Virus record (IMG/VR): IMGVR_UViG_3300010340_000980
Length of the DNA stretch: 64,000 nucleotides
DNA from: an uncultured virus (IMG/VR IMGVR_UViG_3300010340_000980)
Lineage: Duplodnaviria > Heunggongvirae > Uroviricota > Caudoviricetes
Direction: 5' to 3' (one strand)
Shown piece after piece: positions 20,364-28,357 of the stretch; position 1 is the first letter of the stretch, and every line of letters starts with the position of its first letter. Made by a program: the position numbers and the translations under genes. The notes below the pieces were generated by a model. The model was not told the origin of the DNA, did no database searches, and saw nothing but the letters and a program-made list of their open reading frames with translations.

Positions 20364-20476
20364 GCAAACAACGTGAACTGTTAATTTTTTTCTTAAATCA
20401 CTTAAATAAAAATCTAAATTTGGGTGTTAGTGAAATGTGGGTTGATGATTTTATACGCATCGGTAAAAAAAATTAA
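20291..20476 (+). CDS. cassette gene, hypothetical; N-terminus encoded in the hairpin
   Basis: MKKELKHLKTFEQNTDKNLNISDV|SKQREL... Confidence 0.65.
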   Translation: MKKELKHLKTFEQNTDKNLNISDVSKQRELLIFFLNHLNKNLNLGVSEMWVDDFIRIGKKN

Positions 20477-20483
20477 TAGTTGC

Positions 20484-20606
20484 TAACGGTTGGGTGTATA
20501 TGTAGTGTGAGATTTGAAACACGGAACTTGACTTAACTACTGATGTTGATTAGAATGATGAACTTGAATACAACACAGAACCTCACATTACATATACACC
20601 TTGTTA
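20484..20606. repeat. attC-like hairpin
   Basis: Same family as 16700 and 18625. Confidence 0.85.
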
Positions 20607-20658
20607 TGTGTTAGTAAAAAACTATAATTTAATATATACTAAAAAAACTTTTAAAATT

Positions 20659-20865
20659 ATGGGAGATAAAATTAAAAAATTCAATGAACATTATGTTGAG
20701 AAAACTTTCAACGAAAAACAAGTCGTTTCAATGTTGGTAGATGCGGTTATGACATCTATGGGTGATGAGTGGATACCACAAGAAGATGAAAATTTTAAAA
20801 GTTTTTTAAGAGGGTATGGACTACTGAGTATATTCCTCGATGAATATGGTTATGATGATTATTAA
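20659..20865 (+). CDS. cassette gene, hypothetical (MGDKIKKFNE)
   Basis: ATG at 20659 downstream of AATATATA. Confidence 0.7.
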   Translation: MGDKIKKFNEHYVEKTFNEKQVVSMLVDAVMTSMGDEWIPQEDENFKSFLRGYGLLSIFLDEYGYDDY

Positions 20866-20882
20866 TAGTTTTTTATTACACA

Positions 20883-20971
20883 TAACGTTTTGGTGTATGA
20901 GAAGGTTTGCTTAGATGAACTTTCAAATTAACCACAAATGCTGATAGCAAACTTTCTTATACACCTTGTTA
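20883..20971. repeat. attC-like hairpin
   Basis: TAAC..ggtgtatgagaaggtttgct...agcaaactttcttatacaccttGTTA. Confidence 0.85.
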
Positions 20972-21126
20972 TGTGTAGGTGTGATTATTAACCGACAATC
21001 TTCAATCGAAGCACAGAAAAAAAGAAGGGGAAATATTTTTTATTTAAGAAATTATTACCTTTATAAATAAAAACAGGGAAACCGAAAACTGATTAGAGTA
21101 GGTAAATTAAAAAACAAAATAAAATT

Positions 21127-21642
21127 ATGGAAAAAACAATTTTTAAATGTAGTAAAATGAAAAAAGTAAAAGTAACTATGATGACACTAATGATGTGTTT
21201 AATGACAAGTGTTGTTTTTGGACAGTGGACATATAAAACAATAAATAGTGAATTTGACGGTTCGTTCAAAAAAGCATATACACAAACAAATAATAGGGGT
21301 TATTTAATGATGGAAGTTGGTGAACCAACTTATAACGACACTATAAAAATTAATAGACCGTTTTTAGCATTAGGCGGTTCTTATTTTTGTGATGACTATA
21401 CTTATATTGATTTTGTATTGGTTGTTAATGGTGTGAATAAAAAATATGAATTAAAAGGTACTAAATCAAGTGATAGTAGAATGTATTATTTTGATGAATC
21501 AATATGGACAGATGAATTTATTAAAGATTTTAAAAGTGCATCAAAATGTTCCATCAGGGTTAATCAAGATTACTGTACAGATGATTATTATCAATTTGTT
21601 TTTTCTGGTTCAACAGCAGCTTATAACTTTATAACAAAATAA
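21127..21642 (+). CDS. cassette gene: exported protein with Sec signal peptide
   Basis: MKKVKVTMMTLMMCLMTSVVFG|QW, Gln after the cleavage site as is typical in Bacteroidota. Confidence 0.7.
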   Translation: MEKTIFKCSKMKKVKVTMMTLMMCLMTSVVFGQWTYKTINSEFDGSFKKAYTQTNNRGYLMMEVGEPTYNDTIKINRPFLALGGSYFCDDYTYIDFVLVVNGVNKKYELKGTKSSDSRMYYFDESIWTDEFIKDFKSASKCSIRVNQDYCTDDYYQFVFSGSTAAYNFITK

Positions 21643-21723
21643 AAAAAATATGTGCGGTGGGTTCTTTTTTCTAAAATTTTCATAACTAAATGTTAATTCG
21701 GAGAACAGAACCACACTTACACA

Positions 21724-21813
21724 TAACGACTGGGTGTATGTGTAGGTTTTTTAACTACAAACTTTAATATATACTCATGAACTAAATAAAAAACTTACAT
21801 ATACACCTTGTTA
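21724..21813. repeat. attC-like hairpin (AATATATA in loop)
   Basis: Same family as 15312 and 16373. Confidence 0.85.
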
Positions 21814-21851
21814 TGTGTTAGTAAAAAAATTAGATAAAATAAAACAAAATT

Positions 21852-22181
21852 ATGAGACATATTAAAAAATTTAACGAAGGATTAGAAGATCACATAATAG
21901 ATGGTGAAAGAACCGATAGTGAATGGGGTAAAGGAAAATATGATAAAGCACATTTATTTGCAGATAAACTAAAAGACGGATTTGCTATAAATATATCAAG
22001 AGAAAATGTGGATAAATTTTTTGATATATTAAAGGACATAACTTGGATAGAATTACCAAAGAGTTCAAAACATTACACAAGTGATAGATACTATTTTGTT
22101 TTATTTGGTAATAGATTATTACACTCTGATAAACCTTATTTTGGTGGTAATGAGTTAGAGGTTTATACACCTTCTATCTAA
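21852..22181 (+). CDS. cassette gene, hypothetical (MRHIKKFNE)
   Basis: 109 aa. Confidence 0.75.
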   Translation: MRHIKKFNEGLEDHIIDGERTDSEWGKGKYDKAHLFADKLKDGFAINISRENVDKFFDILKDITWIELPKSSKHYTSDRYYFVLFGNRLLHSDKPYFGGNELEVYTPSI

Positions 22182-22196
22182 TTTTTTTATTAAACA

Positions 22197-22283
22197 TAAC
22201 GGTTGGGTGTATATGTAGTTTTTATTTGGAAATATCAAAACTTATTCCCACCTTTGTAAAAAAATTACATATACACCTTGTTA
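22197..22283. repeat. attC-like hairpin
   Basis: TAACggttgggtgtatatgtagttttt...aaaaattacatatacaccttGTTA. Confidence 0.85.
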
Positions 22284-22354
22284 TGTGTAGTAATTTTGTG
22301 GGTGGTTTTTTAACTAAAAATTAATTTCCAAATATTTATATATAAAAGAAAACT

Positions 22355-22711
22355 ATGAGTAAAGAAATGAGAGAACAAATCAACAAGGTAAAGAATTTTG
22401 GACAATTCTTGAATGAAAATAAAAAACCTAAAGATAGGTTTTGGTATCATATTACAAGAAATGAGTTGTTTGATAAAGTTGAAAGATATTACAATGAACA
22501 TCAAGATGGATATGTAAAATTGAATTTTGAAATAGAACACGATGGTAGTAAACTACACTTCAATGAATTATATAAACGAGATGGTGGTATCTATGGTGAT
22601 GATTTTGAATTTTATTTCAAAGATGAAAATGGAAAACAATCATCTTGGTATCTTTCAAGACTTGATAAAGAAATTCTTTACGATATTGTAAACAAAATGG
22701 TGGGTGGGTAA
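22355..22711 (+). CDS. cassette gene, hypothetical (...KNFGQFLNE)
   Basis: 118 aa. Confidence 0.75.
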   Translation: MSKEMREQINKVKNFGQFLNENKKPKDRFWYHITRNELFDKVERYYNEHQDGYVKLNFEIEHDGSKLHFNELYKRDGGIYGDDFEFYFKDENGKQSSWYLSRLDKEILYDIVNKMVGG

Positions 22712-22725
22712 AAAATTATTACACA

Positions 22726-22850
22726 TAACGGCTGACAATAACCGTCAGGTGGGGATAAAATGCACCGACCTTTCAACCTGACGTAAAGCATATTAGGTGC
22801 AGATAGCTTCAATTTGGCACATCGCCCCCACTTGCGGTTATTGTTTGTTA
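22726..22850. repeat. attC-like hairpin
   Basis: TAACggctgacaataaccgtcaggtgggg...ccccacttgcggttattgtttGTTA. Confidence 0.85.
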
Positions 22851-22877
22851 TAGGGCGTTTTTTAATTCAAATCAAAA

Positions 22878-23096
22878 ATGGACTATTCAATCGTAGACAC
22901 AAAAGGCAACATTGTAGGAACAATAAGAGAAACCTACCCTGTTAGATTTGTTGACCCAGAAAGGGAGTATGATGTTAATTATCTCGCACCACACCAAAGT
23001 GCTAAAAAACAAAGAGAGGAAGGTTTCTTTACCTTAAAAGGTAAGGATTTAACTCAAAAACAAATATGGCAACTGTTTCTATTAGGGATGCTCTAA
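22878..23096 (+). CDS. integrase-proximal cassette gene, hypothetical
   Basis: 72 aa between GTTATAGGGCGTTTT and AAAATGCCCTATAAC. Confidence 0.7.
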   Translation: MDYSIVDTKGNIVGTIRETYPVRFVDPEREYDVNYLAPHQSAKKQREEGFFTLKGKDLTQKQIWQLFLLGML

Positions 23097-23161
23097 AATG
23101 CCCTATAACTATTATATATCTATACCTCAACTTTTTTACCTTATTTTACTATACTTTTTCT
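23095..23161. other. putative attI-like insertion site
   Basis: Last cassette end (CCCTATAAC, 23109) is not followed by a hairpin; the integrase 5' region follows directly. Confidence 0.6.
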
Positions 23162-23962
23162 ATGAAAAAGACAGACTATTACGAAATTTGTGAACAAAAA
23201 TTGAAATATTTAAATTATTCAGATAGGACAATTAAGTCCTATCTTTTTTATATAAATCAATTTTTATCTACAGTAAATATAGCACCTACCAGACTTACCT
23301 CTTCCGATTTTCAACTCTATTTGGATAGATATCAATTCACTTCAGTTTCTCAACAAAATCAAGTTATCAACGCTATCAGATTTCTTTATAAATTTGGCTT
23401 AAATAAAAAATATGATAAAGTCAGTTTCAAAAGACCAAAATCTGAAAAGAAATTACCCAGAGTTATTGATGGGGAATTTATAAAAGAAAGACTTGGTAAA
23501 ATTGTTAATATAAAACATAAAGCAATACTTACACTGACATATTCAGTTGGTCTCAGAGTTTCTGAAATAGTCAACCTTAAAATAGAAGATATTGACTCCA
23601 AAAGAATGTTAATACATATCAAAAATGCTAAAGGAAGAAAAGATAGAATTGTTCCTTTATCCGATAATGTTTTACTATTATTAAGAGAATACTTTAAACA
23701 ATACAGACCAAAAGAATATCTTTTTAATGGTCAGAATTCAACACAATATTCAATAGTATCATGTCAAGCAATTTATAAAAAATACATAGATCAGAATTCA
23801 TCCATTCACACCCTTAGACACTCATCATTTACAAATCTATTAGAAAACGGAACAGATATCAGGATTATACAGAAGATTGCAGGTCACTCAAACGTAAAAA
23901 CTACTGAAATATACACTCATGTATCTAATCAAATACTTCAAAAAGTAAATTTACCAATTTAA
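23162..23962 (+). CDS. IntI/XerD-like tyrosine recombinase (putative cassette integrase)
   Basis: GLRVSE, KNAKGRKDRIVPL, HTLRHS, AGHSNVKTTEIYTHV (intact R-K-H-R-H-Y); N-terminal SAM-like domain; ATG at 23162 preferred to 23066. Confidence 0.9.
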   Translation: MKKTDYYEICEQKLKYLNYSDRTIKSYLFYINQFLSTVNIAPTRLTSSDFQLYLDRYQFTSVSQQNQVINAIRFLYKFGLNKKYDKVSFKRPKSEKKLPRVIDGEFIKERLGKIVNIKHKAILTLTYSVGLRVSEIVNLKIEDIDSKRMLIHIKNAKGRKDRIVPLSDNVLLLLREYFKQYRPKEYLFNGQNSTQYSIVSCQAIYKKYIDQNSSIHTLRHSSFTNLLENGTDIRIIQKIAGHSNVKTTEIYTHVSNQILQKVNLPI

Positions 23963-23967
23963 AACTT

Positions 23968-24729
23968 TTACCAATTCAAATAATTCGCAAATTCCACAAT
24001 AAGGTATTGATATTCTTCGTCAATATCATTTATTGAATTTTGTCTTTTTAAATTATCTTGAGACCAAAGTGGTCTTAAATTATCAAGTCTATTCACAATG
24101 CTCGATGGGGTGTCTTTTTTGAATTTTGATATCGGAATAATATGATCAACATGCCATTCACCATAATTTTCCCAAGACATATTTTCTAAAAATCTTTTTT
24201 CAAGATGTATTTTTAATTCATTATAATCATAACCTAGTAAATTTTCAGTTGATGATTCCTTTTCAATTTTTAATTGTTCTAATGTTCTTCTAAGAATTCT
24301 TCTCCAGATAAATTGGTGTTTTCTCTTTTGGTAAGATCTTTTTTTGATTTCTCTTTTATTATCAGTAATTTTGTTTAGAACATCTTTATTTTCCTCATAA
24401 TATTTTTTCCTTTTCTCAAGTATATCTTCTCTATTATTGTAATAATATTCCAATTTTTTACTTTTAAGTCTCTCGTGGTGCCTTTCCGAATATCTACGAT
24501 CTCTTTCTCTTTTCTTTTCTTTATTAAGGTTTTGATATATTACTTCTTTATTTTTTTCGTAGTATTCTTTATTTTGACTGCGAAAATGTTCATGTTTGCT
24601 ATAATAATATTCACTTCTTTTTATTGCAACACATTCATTACATTCAGACATATATCCATCTTTATGCCTTTTAGATTTTCTAAAAAAATCAAATTCTTTT
24701 TTTATTTTACAATTTTTACAAACTTTCAT
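23968..24729 (-). CDS. HNH endonuclease
   Basis: N-terminal CxxC...CxxC, WHVDHIIP...NLRPLWSQDN. Confidence 0.8.
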   Translation of the reverse strand: MKVCKNCKIKKEFDFFRKSKRHKDGYMSECNECVAIKRSEYYYSKHEHFRSQNKEYYEKNKEVIYQNLNKEKKRERDRRYSERHHERLKSKKLEYYYNNREDILEKRKKYYEENKDVLNKITDNKREIKKRSYQKRKHQFIWRRILRRTLEQLKIEKESSTENLLGYDYNELKIHLEKRFLENMSWENYGEWHVDHIIPISKFKKDTPSSIVNRLDNLRPLWSQDNLKRQNSINDIDEEYQYLIVEFANYLNW

Positions 24730-24799
24730 ACAACTTTATTATTTTTAAAGTATATATTAAATGTTTTCAGGTCTAATGAATGATAAATAATAATAATAA

Positions 24800-25534
24800 A
24801 TGGAATATAAAAACTTTAAAAAATATGCTCTAAGTGAAGGCATATCATCAATGAATTTAAATTACTACGAGAATCAAGTTCAATCATCTATGACACCTTA
24901 TATCTTAGAGGAAAGAGAAATGCGTGTTACTCAGATGGATGTTTTTAGTAGATTACTTAGAGATAGGATAATATGGGTATCTGGTCCAGTTAATCAAAAT
25001 ATGTCTGACATTGTTCAAGCACAATTACTTTTTCTTGATTCTGTTGAGAAAAAAGATATTTCACTTTATATTAATTCACCTGGTGGTTCCGTTCTTTGTG
25101 GACTTGGTATAGTCGATCTAATGAATTATATCAGTTCTGATGTTGCTACAATCAATATTGGTATGTGTGCTTCGATGGCAAGTATTTTGTTAAGCTCTGG
25201 TACCAAAGGTAAAAGATCATCACTCGTATATTCAAAAGTTATGATCCATCAAGTTTCGTCGGGGTCGTCGGGTCACATCGAGGATAATCGTATAAGCCAA
25301 ATGGAAGCAGAAAAATATAACTACATACTTTTTAAAATGCTGTCTAAAAATACAGGTAGAAATTTTGATGAAGTTTTAGAAGGAGCTAGACGAGATCATT
25401 GGTTAAATTCTGATGAAGCTCTTAAGTTTGGACTTATCGATGAAATAATTGGTTTAGATAAAACATCAAGTATATCAAATCATCTTGATGGATTTGAAGA
25501 TTACTACAATAAAGAAATTTTGAAAAAATTCTAA
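24800..25534 (+). CDS. clpP: ATP-dependent Clp protease proteolytic subunit
   Basis: DVFSRLLRDRII, YINSPGGSV, CASMAS, MIHQ, RDHWL. Confidence 0.93.
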   Translation: MEYKNFKKYALSEGISSMNLNYYENQVQSSMTPYILEEREMRVTQMDVFSRLLRDRIIWVSGPVNQNMSDIVQAQLLFLDSVEKKDISLYINSPGGSVLCGLGIVDLMNYISSDVATINIGMCASMASILLSSGTKGKRSSLVYSKVMIHQVSSGSSGHIEDNRISQMEAEKYNYILFKMLSKNTGRNFDEVLEGARRDHWLNSDEALKFGLIDEIIGLDKTSSISNHLDGFEDYYNKEILKKF

Positions 25535-26568
25535 TTGAATAGGTAACTCCAACCTTTCCAATCTTCATAAAATGAATCTGGATGTCCTGGTATTCTGAGT
25601 TTTTTAGTCCTACCTTTACAAAAACTTTTATACTCTTTAATACTTTCAATAGAATTGAGTTTAATTAATTTTTTACATTCTTCTAATGAAAGATATTCAA
25701 GTTTTTTATTTCTTGTATTTCTGCCAAAAAATTCATGCCAGGATACCCATTCGTTTTTATATTTACTTGGTGGTGAAGAAGGAACATTATGTGGTTTTTT
25801 AAAATTAATCCATTTCTTTTGAGTGTCAATTTTATTGACTTCGGCAAAAATTTTACACTCATCATATGTCATAAATTCTATTAATTGATTTTGAATGCGT
25901 CCGTTCGATAAAAAATGTCCCCAAGAAATCCATCCTCTTTTACTATAAAACCTATTTGGCTTTTTTGGAAATAATTCAATCGGAATTAATCCTAAATTAT
26001 ATTTTTCAATCCAATCAGCACCTGATTTTATATTCATATTTTTAATATATTCAATAGCATCAATATATGATAGGTAGTTTTTAGTTATTTCTATATTATG
26101 TAACTTACCAGTTCCTAAAAATTCACCCCAAGTTTTAAATTCGGGAAAAACACGAGGTGGATATTTGGGTATAAATTCTGGCTTTTCTACTTTTTTCCAT
26201 TTTTCTAAAGTGTCAATTCCCAAACAATTCTTTTTTACCCATTCTTTACATTCCTCATATGTTATAGAATATAACTTACCACACTGACCACCAGCTCTCT
26301 TATTAAAGAGATTTTCAAATCTAGATATCCAATAAATCTCTCTTTCTCTCCAATTATGCTCTGTACATTCTTCTAAAATATTCATTTTAATTTCAAAACC
26401 ATTATTCAAAACGTTTTGAATCCATTTAACTTTTTCCTGATTAACGTTTGTTCTTTTTAAATGTGTATAAATTCTGGTCTTTGGATTGTTTGTTTTACCA
26501 ACATATCTTATTTTATCTTCTTTACCTACTTCATATAAACCATAAATGTATATAATTTTCATAAACAT
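25531..26568 (-). CDS. GIY-YIG homing endonuclease with C-terminal P-x-x-P...W..F repeats
   Basis: IYGL...RYVGKT..R...H, REIYWI; four repeat units. Confidence 0.75.
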   Translation of the reverse strand: MFMKIIYIYGLYEVGKEDKIRYVGKTNNPKTRIYTHLKRTNVNQEKVKWIQNVLNNGFEIKMNILEECTEHNWREREIYWISRFENLFNKRAGGQCGKLYSITYEECKEWVKKNCLGIDTLEKWKKVEKPEFIPKYPPRVFPEFKTWGEFLGTGKLHNIEITKNYLSYIDAIEYIKNMNIKSGADWIEKYNLGLIPIELFPKKPNRFYSKRGWISWGHFLSNGRIQNQLIEFMTYDECKIFAEVNKIDTQKKWINFKKPHNVPSSPPSKYKNEWVSWHEFFGRNTRNKKLEYLSLEECKKLIKLNSIESIKEYKSFCKGRTKKLRIPGHPDSFYEDWKGWSYLFN

Positions 26569-26749
26569 AATTTTATTTTTACCTATAATTATTAAAAAGT
26601 CTAAAAGAAATTACGGAGATAAGTATAACAAGGAAAATGTTAATGTTCAATTAAACAGAGAATTAGTTGAAAAAATTAAATTAAGAATAAAGAATAAACA
26701 GAGTATAAAATCCTATATAGAATCTCTTATCAACGAAAATTTAATTTAA
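26546..26749 (+). CDS. small putative DNA-binding (RHH-like) protein
   Basis: NVNVQLNRELVEKIK...SIKSYIESLI; start uncertain. Confidence 0.35.
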   Translation: MYIIFINIILFLPIIIKKSKRNYGDKYNKENVNVQLNRELVEKIKLRIKNKQSIKSYIESLINENLI

Positions 26750-26754
26750 TTACT

Positions 26755-26799
26755 AATAAATAATCCTTTTCTAATATATACAGAAAAGGATTATTTATT
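26755..26799 (+). promoter_or_regulatory. 18-bp perfect hairpin with AATATATA in the loop, immediately upstream of the NUDIX start
   Basis: aataaataatccttttct-aatatatac-agaaaaggattatttatt; ATG at 26802. Confidence 0.7.
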
Positions 26800-26801
26800 T
26801 T

Positions 26802-27368
26802 ATGGAAAAATTTACAAAACTAAAGCCAAAGACAGAATTCACAGAAGATAAGGATGATATATTATTCTCAAATAAATATATGAAAGTTATCAACTATGAA
26901 GATTGGACAATAATTAAAGAATCAGATTTTGTAGTTTGTATACCATATCTTATAGATTCTAATCAAATTATACTAAGACACGAATACATTCCAACTTTTA
27001 AATATGTTGATGGTCAGGACTTCCATGTTACTGTTTTAAGTGGTGGTATTGAACAAGGTGAAACACCAGATAGAGCAATTCTTAGAGAATTAGAGGAAGA
27101 AGCTGGTATTGTTGTTAGTCCAGATTATAAAATTGAGTTTATGAAACCCGTTTTTGTATCAAAAGGAAACGCATCTAAATACCACCCGTGTATTATACAA
27201 CTAACTGAAAGAGATTATCATGAAGTTGTGGCACCTACAGACGGATCAAGAGCAGAAAAATTAAGCAAAAGTGTTAAGATAGATATTAAATTTGTTAACT
27301 CCGTAAATCCATCCGACTTAATCACAGAATTTATGGTGATGAAGATAAAAGAATATCTAAATTTATGA
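26802..27368 (+). CDS. NUDIX hydrolase
   Basis: GGIEQGETPDRAILRELEEEAG Nudix box. Confidence 0.9.
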   Translation: MEKFTKLKPKTEFTEDKDDILFSNKYMKVINYEDWTIIKESDFVVCIPYLIDSNQIILRHEYIPTFKYVDGQDFHVTVLSGGIEQGETPDRAILRELEEEAGIVVSPDYKIEFMKPVFVSKGNASKYHPCIIQLTERDYHEVVAPTDGSRAEKLSKSVKIDIKFVNSVNPSDLITEFMVMKIKEYLNL

Positions 27369-28357
27369 TAATTGATACTGAAGTTGAAATTATAGGTAAC
27401 GGTAAAACAATTAATCACTATCTATCTAGAGGATATAATATCTCAGTAGGAGATAAAATATTTGTGAAAATAATCGATTTGATAGAAACCTCATCATTAA
27501 TCATCAATTGTTTATGTGATTTCTGTAACGAAAAGTACTCTATTAAATACTATAATTATATTGGTAATATTAAAAGAAACAATTCTTATAGATGTAATCA
27601 ATGTGCTAAGAATATAAGGTCTCAAAAAATAAAATCATTATTTAAAAATGAATCACTGAAAGAGAAAGTAGTTCAAAAAAGAAAAATAACCTGTTTAAAT
27701 AACTTAGGAGTTGATAATCCTTTAAAATCTAAAGATATAAAGGATAAAATAAAAGAAACTAATTTAGAAAAATATGGAGTTGATAATCCAATGAAATCAA
27801 AACTAGTTAAGATATCTCTTAAAAATTCAATTTTAGAAAAATATAGAGTTGATCACTATTCTAAAACAAGTGAATTTAAATGTAAATATAAAAAAACATG
27901 CTTTGAAAAATATGGTGTAAATAATGTTTTTCAGGCAAAAATTTATAAAGATAAAATAAAAGAAACTAATTACCTAAGATATGGAGTCTCAAATCCAATA
28001 CAAAATGAAATTATTTTTGAAAAAGCTCAGAGACATTCCTATAAAATATTCAAATATTTTAATACTGATTTAACGTATCAAGGTACTTATGAATTAGACT
28101 TTTTGAATTATTGTTTTTCAAATAACATTAAAATTGAAAAAGGACCTTGTATCGATTACAATTTTGAAGGCAAGAGTAGAAAATATTTTTCAGATTTTTT
28201 TATCAAATCATTAAATCTTATTTGTGAGATAAAATCAACTTGGACATTTGAAAAGGATTTTGATGAAAATATAGCTAAACAAAAGGCATGTGAAATACTT
28301 GGATATAATTTCAAATTTATAATTGATAAAAATTATGACTATTTGAATATGAGTTAA
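27365..28357 (+). CDS. putative homing endonuclease (Zn-binding N-terminus, KYGVDNP repeats, PD-(D/E)xK C-terminus)
   Basis: Repeated EKYGVDNP units; YFSDF...CEIKS. Confidence 0.65.
   Translation: MIIDTEVEIIGNGKTINHYLSRGYNISVGDKIFVKIIDLIETSSLIINCLCDFCNEKYSIKYYNYIGNIKRNNSYRCNQCAKNIRSQKIKSLFKNESLKEKVVQKRKITCLNNLGVDNPLKSKDIKDKIKETNLEKYGVDNPMKSKLVKISLKNSILEKYRVDHYSKTSEFKCKYKKTCFEKYGVNNVFQAKIYKDKIKETNYLRYGVSNPIQNEIIFEKAQRHSYKIFKYFNTDLTYQGTYELDFLNYCFSNNIKIEKGPCIDYNFEGKSRKYFSDFFIKSLNLICEIKSTWTFEKDFDENIAKQKACEILGYNFKFIIDKNYDYLNMS

Larger units (their letters stand above)
13835..23962. mobile_element. integron-like element: 18 gene cassettes, 17 complete attC-like hairpins plus one half site, putative attI-like site and tyrosine recombinase
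   Basis: Regular TAAC-stem-loop-stem-GTTA units between genes; the two ends of each cassette are reverse complements; the array ends at the recombinase. Confidence 0.88.

Noticed and set aside
14246..22850. Hairpins as ordinary terminators or REP/MITE elements
   Set aside because: No U-tracts or TSDs; invariant TAAC/GTTA ends, cassette-specific end pairing and an adjacent recombinase fit recombination sites better.
13835..23109. CRISPR array interpretation of the recurring repeats
   Set aside because: Repeats are variable 48-131 bp hairpins, the intervals are 130-950 bp and contain whole genes, and no cas genes are present.
23066..23161. N-terminal extension of the integrase given in the ORF track
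   Set aside because: Overlaps the last cassette and its TAAC end; ATG at 23162 is more plausible.
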